This document shows positions 58,115-64,000 of a DNA stretch of 64,000 bases, in pieces. Positions within the stretch are counted from its first letter, which is position 1, and each line of letters begins with the position of its first letter. Location: assembly GCA_965203325.1 (NCBI GenBank), contig OZ241875.1, positions 320,001 through 384,000 of the forward strand. The letters are read 5' to 3'. The position numbers and the translations under genes are program-made. Origin of the DNA: a bacterium. GTDB lineage: Bacteria > UBA8248. The notes beneath the pieces were generated by a model. It saw nothing but the letters and a program-made list of their open reading frames with translations. It made no database searches and was not told the origin of the DNA.

Positions 58115-58936
58115 ATGGCGAAACCCGAGAGCCTGCCCCCCATCGCCTTGACGATAGCGGGCTCGGATTCGGGCGGCGGAGCCGGGATTCAGGCGGATAT
58201 CAAGACTTTCAGCGCATTCGGCGTCTACGGCGCCTCGGTCATCACCGCGCTGACGGCGCAGAACACCGTGGGCGTGCAGGGGGTGCACGGCGCGCCGCCC
58301 GATTTCATCGCGGCGCAATTCGACTCGGTGTGCACGGATTTGGACGTGGCGAGCGCGAAAATCGGTATGCTCGCCACGGTCGACGTCATCGAGGTCGTCG
58401 CTGCGAAGCTCAAAGAGCACGCGCTCGCGCGCGTCGTGCTCGACCCGGTGATGGTCGCCAAAAGCGGAGACCGCCTGCTCGCGCCCGATGCGAGAGAGGC
58501 GCTCGTCGAAAAACTTTTCCCGCTGGCCGAGGTCGTCACCCCCAATACGGAAGAGGCGCGCGACATTCTGGAGACCGGAGAAATCGAAAACCTCGCGCAG
58601 ATGAGAGACGCCGCCCGGGCGCTTCATGAGCGCGGGGCGAAATGCGTACTGCTCAAAGGAGGCCACATCACCTACGGGGCTGTGGACATTTTCTTCGACG
58701 GCGAAAATGAGGTCGCGCTCGAGGGCAGGCGGGTCGACACCCCCCATACCCACGGTACGGGGTGCACGCTCTCTTCCGCCATCGCGGCGGGGCTTGCGCT
58801 GGGGGATTCCACCACCTCGGCGGTGAGGCGGGCGAAAGATTTCATCCAGGGCGCCATCGAGAACGCGCTCGCCATCGGAAACGGCCGAGGCCCGCTCAAC
58901 CACATGTACCGCCAACGCGAGGGAAAATCGCCATGA
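58115..58936 (+). CDS. thiD: hydroxymethylpyrimidine/phosphomethylpyrimidine kinase
   Basis: 'LTIAGSDSGGGAGIQADIKT', 'TAQNT', 'DPVMVAKSG', 'HTHGTGCTLS'. Confidence 0.95.
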   Translation: MAKPESLPPIALTIAGSDSGGGAGIQADIKTFSAFGVYGASVITALTAQNTVGVQGVHGAPPDFIAAQFDSVCTDLDVASAKIGMLATVDVIEVVAAKLKEHALARVVLDPVMVAKSGDRLLAPDAREALVEKLFPLAEVVTPNTEEARDILETGEIENLAQMRDAARALHERGAKCVLLKGGHITYGAVDIFFDGENEVALEGRRVDTPHTHGTGCTLSSAIAAGLALGDSTTSAVRRAKDFIQGAIENALAIGNGRGPLNHMYRQREGKSP

Positions 58937-59020
58937 GCCGCGTATTCTCGCGCAAACGGATTTTTCATATGACAGGCCACGATTTCACAAGCTGCGATTC
59001 TACAAACCGAAGGAGCCGTT

Positions 59021-59425
59021 ATGAGCGATAGCAAACCATTGCGCGTGCGGGAGAGCGAAGCCCTGAGCGGGGAATTGCCCGTGCCCGGGGGCAGGAGCAT
59101 GTTCCGCATTCTGCTGGATGAGGAGACCGTGGGCGCCAGACAGTTCGCCCTGCTCATCAACGAATTCGACCCGGGCCTCACCTCCACCGCCCACAAACAC
59201 GACAAGGAGGAACACGCCTTCTACATCATCAGCGGTACGGGGGTGATCGACATCGAAGGGGAGAAGATACCCGTCGAAGCGGGCGATGCGGTTTTCGTGC
59301 CTCCGGGCAAGATGCACCAAATCACGAGCACGGGTGACGCGCTGTTCAAATATATGGTTTTATACTCGCCTCCGGGACCCAACGTCGCGCTCCGGGAAAA
59401 AGGCGGCTATGGACTCGCCGAATGA
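59021..59425 (+). CDS. cupin domain protein
   Basis: 'HKHDKEEHAFYIISGTG...GDAVFVPPGKMH'. Confidence 0.88.
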   Translation: MSDSKPLRVRESEALSGELPVPGGRSMFRILLDEETVGARQFALLINEFDPGLTSTAHKHDKEEHAFYIISGTGVIDIEGEKIPVEAGDAVFVPPGKMHQITSTGDALFKYMVLYSPPGPNVALREKGGYGLAE

Positions 59426-59502
59426 TTCGGGCCCGACGCGTGAAACCGTCTTCATGAAATCGGTATAATGGACTGACTTGAAATCCTTATCGGGAACAGA
59501 AA

Positions 59503-62052
59503 ATGACAACCGTGCTTTCGTTTCAGGTAGTGCCCAGCATTCCTCCGGAATTGAAGGGTCTCGAGGAAATCGCAGACAACATCGCCTTCGACTGGGACCA
59601 TCGCGCGCGTGCGCTTTTCAGCAGGCTGGACGACGCCCTGTGGCAGGATTGCCACTACAACCCCGCGCAGATGCTGCGCTCCGTCTCTCAGGAGAAGCTC
59701 GATGCGGCGGCGCGCGATGCGCATTTTCTCCGCGATATGGAAAGCGTGCTCAAGGAACTTCACGCATATCTCCACAAACCGTCCTGGTACCAGAACCTGC
59801 CCGAGAGCGAAAAGAACGAGAACCAGCGCATCGCTTATTTCAGCATGGAATTCGGGCTGACGGAATCCGTGCCCAACTACTCGGGCGGCCTGGGCGTCCT
59901 GGCAGGCGACCACATGAAGTCCGCGAGCGACTTGGGGCTCCCTCTCATCGGCGTGGGCCTCGCCTACGGCCAGGGATATTTTCGCCAGCATCTGGGGGCC
60001 GACGGCTGGCAGCAGGAGCGCTACCCGGACAACGATTTTCACCACACACCCTTCCATCTCGAGGAAGATGAGAACGGAGAACCCGTCACAGTGGAAGTCG
60101 ATTACCCGGACGGCCTCCTCACCGCACAGGTCTGGCACGTGCAGGTGGGCCGAAACCCCATCTACCTCCTGGACGCCAACGTGCCCGGAAACGCGCCCTC
60201 GCTGCGCGAAATCACCCTGGCCCTCTACGGCGGGGACATGGAGACGCGGATTCGCCAGGAGATACTGCTCGGCATCGGCGGCGTGAGACTGCTCCACGAG
60301 CTCAACCTCCCGCCTGTCGTCTGCCACATGAACGAGGGGCATTCCGCCTTCCTGGCGCTCGAGAGAATCCGTTATTCGATGGGGAAATTCGGCATCGACC
60401 CCGGCGCGGCCCGGGAACTGACCTCCGCCGGAAACGTTTTCACGACGCACACGCCCGTCCCGGCGGGCATCGACATCTTTCCGCCCGACATGATGGAGAA
60501 ATACTTTCGCGACTATGCGGAATCCCTCTCCATGGAATGGGACGACTTTCTGGGCCTTGGCCGGGTGAATCCCGAGCAGGGGGACGAGCCTTTCAACATG
60601 GCCGTCCTCGCGCTGCGCCTCTCCTCGGCGGCGAACGGCGTCAGCAAGCTGCACGGCGAGGTTTCGCGAAAGATGTGGCAATCCATGTGGCCGGAAGTCC
60701 CCGAGCAGGACATCCCCATCGACTCCATCACGAACGGCGTCCACTTTCCCACCTGGGTATCGCCCGGGATGAAGGAGCTGTTCGACAGGCATCTGGGCGG
60801 CGCCTGGGTGGACGAGACGGACAAACCCGATATCTGGGAGAGAGTCGCCTCCATCCCGGAGAACGAACTCTGGGGCGTCCGGGAGAACAGCCGCGAGCGG
60901 CTCATCAAATTCTGCCGCGCGCACGCGCTGAAGCGGCCGCTGGGAAGCGTCACCCGCCCCAACGTCACCATCCTCCCCGACCCCGGGGCGCTTACGATCG
61001 GCTTTGCGAGACGCTTCGCCACCTACAAGCGCGCCACTCTTTTACTCAAGAGGCCCGAGCGCCTGGTCGCGCTCCTCACGAACGAGCAAAACCCCGTTCA
61101 AATCATATTCGCCGGCAAAGCCCACCCGAGGGACATGGAGGGCAAGAGCTTCATTCGCGAACTCCTCCATTTCGCCCGAAGGGAGAACGTGCGGGACAAG
61201 CTCGTATTCGTGGAGGATTACGACATCCACGTCGGGCGGCAACTCGTGCAGGGGGTGGATTTGTGGCTCAACAACCCCCGCCGCCCGCAGGAAGCGAGCG
61301 GCACCAGCGGCATGAAGGCCGCCGCCAACGGCGCCCTGAACCTGAGCATCATGGACGGCTGGTGGGCGGAAGGGTATGCGAGCCATTTGGGGTGGGCCAT
61401 CGGCGGCCTCGAGACCTACAACGACCCCGGCTACCAGGACGAGATGGAGTGCGAGAGCCTGTTCAACACCCTGGAGCAGGTCGTGGTTCCCCTTTTCTAT
61501 GAACGGGGCGATGCGGGTATTCCATACGGCTGGGTGGAGATGATCAAGAACTCGCTGCAATCCCTCTGCCCCTACTTCAACACGAATCGAATGGTGCGCG
61601 AATACGCCGAAAAATTCTACCTGCCCCTGGGAGCGCACCATGCGCGCCTCATGGCGGACGAGAGAACGCCCGCCAAATCGCTCTCCGAATGGAAAGAGCG
61701 CGTGCGCCGCGCCTGGCCCGGGGTGGAGATCACCCGGATATCGATGGCGCAAAACGGCGTCGTTCCGCTCGGCGCGAAAATGAGGGTCGAGGCGGAGGTG
61801 GCGCTCGGGAACCTCTCCCCCGAAGAAGTCCGGCTCGAGATTTACGAAGGCCCCCTGAAAGAGGAAAGCCTGCTGGCCGGCGAGATCGTCTCTCCCATGC
61901 ACTACTCGGAAGACCTCGGCGGCGGCGCTTACCGTTTTCACGGCGAGATAGAATGCCGCAAACCGGGCATGCACGGCGTGTCGGTGCGCGCGCTGCCCCA
62001 CCACCGGCATCTCATCCATCCGCTCAGCCTGCACCTCTTGACCTGGGGCTAG
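59503..62052 (+). CDS. glgP: alpha-glucan (glycogen/maltodextrin) phosphorylase
   Basis: 'AYFSMEFG', 'YSGGLGVLAGD', 'HMNEGH', 'FARRFATYKRA', PLP site 'EASGTSGMKA'. Confidence 0.95.
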   Translation: MTTVLSFQVVPSIPPELKGLEEIADNIAFDWDHRARALFSRLDDALWQDCHYNPAQMLRSVSQEKLDAAARDAHFLRDMESVLKELHAYLHKPSWYQNLPESEKNENQRIAYFSMEFGLTESVPNYSGGLGVLAGDHMKSASDLGLPLIGVGLAYGQGYFRQHLGADGWQQERYPDNDFHHTPFHLEEDENGEPVTVEVDYPDGLLTAQVWHVQVGRNPIYLLDANVPGNAPSLREITLALYGGDMETRIRQEILLGIGGVRLLHELNLPPVVCHMNEGHSAFLALERIRYSMGKFGIDPGAARELTSAGNVFTTHTPVPAGIDIFPPDMMEKYFRDYAESLSMEWDDFLGLGRVNPEQGDEPFNMAVLALRLSSAANGVSKLHGEVSRKMWQSMWPEVPEQDIPIDSITNGVHFPTWVSPGMKELFDRHLGGAWVDETDKPDIWERVASIPENELWGVRENSRERLIKFCRAHALKRPLGSVTRPNVTILPDPGALTIGFARRFATYKRATLLLKRPERLVALLTNEQNPVQIIFAGKAHPRDMEGKSFIRELLHFARRENVRDKLVFVEDYDIHVGRQLVQGVDLWLNNPRRPQEASGTSGMKAAANGALNLSIMDGWWAEGYASHLGWAIGGLETYNDPGYQDEMECESLFNTLEQVVVPLFYERGDAGIPYGWVEMIKNSLQSLCPYFNTNRMVREYAEKFYLPLGAHHARLMADERTPAKSLSEWKERVRRAWPGVEITRISMAQNGVVPLGAKMRVEAEVALGNLSPEEVRLEIYEGPLKEESLLAGEIVSPMHYSEDLGGGAYRFHGEIECRKPGMHGVSVRALPHHRHLIHPLSLHLLTWG

Positions 62053-62148
62053 CCCCGGCGCGCCCGAAAGCGTATTTCAGGTTTTTCCCCGCTCCTGATA
62101 GACTGTTCGTGATGCAGGAAGATCCGCAGGCTCGGAGGAAAATACTTC

Positions 62149-62463
62149 ATGGACGACAAAAAATCATTCATCGTCGAAATCGGCCAGGGGGGAAGAGTCC
62201 GCCTCCCCAAGGATGTCATGAAATCCCTGGGCGCCGGGCCCGGGAATCAGATCCGTTTCGAGATCGGGGATGATTCCGTGCGGATTCTGCGGCACCACAT
62301 CAAAGACCCGTTCGCCGAAGCGGCCCAAAAGAAGACGCCCGACATCCAGGATTTGATGAGTCAACAGGCGGCCAGAAGAAAAGAGGCGGCCGACCTCTTC
62401 GAGAAGGGGATGCAGGAAAAACACGAAATCAGACCCGAAGACCGGGAGGATTTCTGGCGATAG
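62149..62463 (+). CDS. AbrB/MazE/SpoVT-type DNA-binding domain protein
   Basis: 'IGQGGRVRLPKDVMKSLGAGPGNQIRF'. Confidence 0.75.
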   Translation: MDDKKSFIVEIGQGGRVRLPKDVMKSLGAGPGNQIRFEIGDDSVRILRHHIKDPFAEAAQKKTPDIQDLMSQQAARRKEAADLFEKGMQEKHEIRPEDREDFWR

Positions 62464-62502
62464 CGGCGAAAAGCAGGTAAAGCAACACCGCTGCGGAACC
62501 CT

Positions 62503-63999
62503 CTACAAATTGAACCCTTCCTCGAAGCGGATGTTGGCCGCCTGCCTGAGTTTTTCCAGATACTGATTGAAGACCATCGCCCTTTTCAGGCGAAGCAGGC
62601 CCTGGCGGAAATCGGCTTTTTCGGACTCGAACTTCTCCATGTCGGTCTGCGGCTTTTCCAACACCTCGAACAAAACCACGTCGCTACCGGATTGGGCCAT
62701 TCCGAACTCGCCCTGCTTGAGGTCAAACGCGAGGTTCGACAACTCCGGGGAGCGCCCGAGTTCGTCGGGAACGTCCGCACGCTTGAAGGCTTCGGGCTTG
62801 AGGACTTCGAGGCTGAGTTCCCCGGCGATAGATGCAAGGCCGCGTTTTTTATCCTTGAGCTCCTGAAGCCAAAGCGCCGCTTTTCGTTTCGCAACCTCCG
62901 CACCCTTCAAGCGCAGGAACGAAGCCTCCACCTGTTTGCGCACCGCCGGGAACTCGGGAACGAAAGGCTCCCTTTTCGCTTCGAGGCGGACGAAGTTGAC
63001 GCCCTCCGCCCCTTCCCGCTCCCTGGATATCTTCTCCTCGCCGCTCAGACCGAAGGCAAGCTCGCTCACCACGCCGGAGGCAGGCACCGTTTGCGAAAGG
63101 CGGCCTCTCTCGAAGAACCCGGTTCTCCCCTTTTGCAGTCCGGCGAGGGCAGGCTCCGCCTTCTTGTCCTCCACCGCGTAGCGGATTTTTCTCAATTCAT
63201 TCTTCGCCCGCTCTCTGGCGCGCAAGGCCCGCAAATCCTTTTCCACCTGTTCTCTAACTTCTTCGAACGGCTTCGCGCCGGGCAAGACCTTATCCCGCAC
63301 CCACAGCAGGTGCATCCCGAAAGAAGTCTTCACCGGCTCGCTCACCTCGCCTTTCTTCAGGCGATACGCCACCTGCTCCAGTTCGGGCAGCATCTGGCCC
63401 CTGCCGAAAACGCCGAGGTCGCCCCCGCGCTCCGCCCCCGGACCTTCCGAGTGCGCCTTGGCCAGTTCGGTGAATTTCTCGCCCTTCAAGACGCGCTCGC
63501 GCAGCGCATCGAGACGCTTCCGGGCCGCATCCACCTGCTCTTTTTTCGCGTTGGGAGAAAGTTTCACCAGAATCTGATTGACCGACACGCTCTCCTTGCG
63601 CTCATGTTTCGCGCGGGTGCGCGTGTAGTGCGACCTCAAGTCCGCATCGCTGAGTTCGACCTCTTTCGCCACTGCGGAAAACGGGAGATGCCACCAGGAT
63701 ACCTGCCGCTGGGGGCCGGTCTTGAATTGTTCCTTATTCTTATCGTAATGGGCTTTCAGGTCGGTTTCGAGTTTCGGCACATCCGCGGAGAAGGCCTCCG
63801 GCTTCAGGTGAACGGCGGCCAGTTTGATTTCCTCGTTTCTCCACTCATAAGCACCCCGCGTTTCCTGCTCGCTCACCAGCACGCCCATGCCCACGTAGTC
63901 GCGAAGCTGGCCGAGCAGAACGACCCGCCGCTGATCCTCCTCGAACTGGCGGGGGGTGATGCCGTTCGACTCCAGGATGCTGCGATATCGCCCGGCGTC
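62503..63999 (-). CDS. SurA/PpiD-like peptidyl-prolyl isomerase (5' end outside the window)
   Basis: Parvulin motifs 'FTELAKAHSE', 'GGDLG', 'VSEPVKTSFGMHL'; frame open to the window end ('YRSILESNGITPRQFEE'). Confidence 0.88.
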   Translation of the reverse strand, partial: DAGRYRSILESNGITPRQFEEDQRRVVLLGQLRDYVGMGVLVSEQETRGAYEWRNEEIKLAAVHLKPEAFSADVPKLETDLKAHYDKNKEQFKTGPQRQVSWWHLPFSAVAKEVELSDADLRSHYTRTRAKHERKESVSVNQILVKLSPNAKKEQVDAARKRLDALRERVLKGEKFTELAKAHSEGPGAERGGDLGVFGRGQMLPELEQVAYRLKKGEVSEPVKTSFGMHLLWVRDKVLPGAKPFEEVREQVEKDLRALRARERAKNELRKIRYAVEDKKAEPALAGLQKGRTGFFERGRLSQTVPASGVVSELAFGLSGEEKISREREGAEGVNFVRLEAKREPFVPEFPAVRKQVEASFLRLKGAEVAKRKAALWLQELKDKKRGLASIAGELSLEVLKPEAFKRADVPDELGRSPELSNLAFDLKQGEFGMAQSGSDVVLFEVLEKPQTDMEKFESEKADFRQGLLRLKRAMVFNQYLEKLRQAANIRFEEGFNL

Positions 64000-64000
64000 G

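Overview
Bacterial chromosomal window with no rRNA, CRISPR array, integrase or transposase that I can support. It holds about 55 CDSs, mostly transporters (MFS, TRAP, TAXI, ABC binding proteins), flavin/PLP/CoA enzymes and redox proteins, plus tRNA-Gln(CTG) after gltX and tRNA-Glu(CTC). The first ~10.5 kb is visibly lower in GC and free of REPs; the rest is GC-rich, with intergenic GTAG/CGTC REP-type palindromes and MITE-like ends. Most notable: (1) an Rrf2-linked sulfur-carrier/cysteine-synthase operon whose ThiF/MoeB E1 activity looks divided between two complementary genes, one with the RYSR arginine finger but no P-loop and one with the P-loop, catalytic Cys and Zn motifs but no RYSR. This suggests a heterodimeric E1 like eukaryotic NAE1-UBA3/SAE1-UBA2. 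(2) An AhpD/CMD protein split by an in-frame UGA in a CxxU motif with a SECIS-like hairpin, a likely selenoprotein. (3) Two gaplessly alignable copies (~79% over 186 bp, hand count) of an AT-rich non-coding element built of 10-bp-phased boxes and bracketed by AAATGCGGG tandem repeats, function unknown. Also an AAA ATPase plus TOPRIM-like defence-type pair, an EXPERA/EBP-like membrane protein, a citryl-CoA-synthetase-like ligase pair and a Pho-box-like array upstream of phoX. All family calls come from motif recognition by eye; no searches were run.
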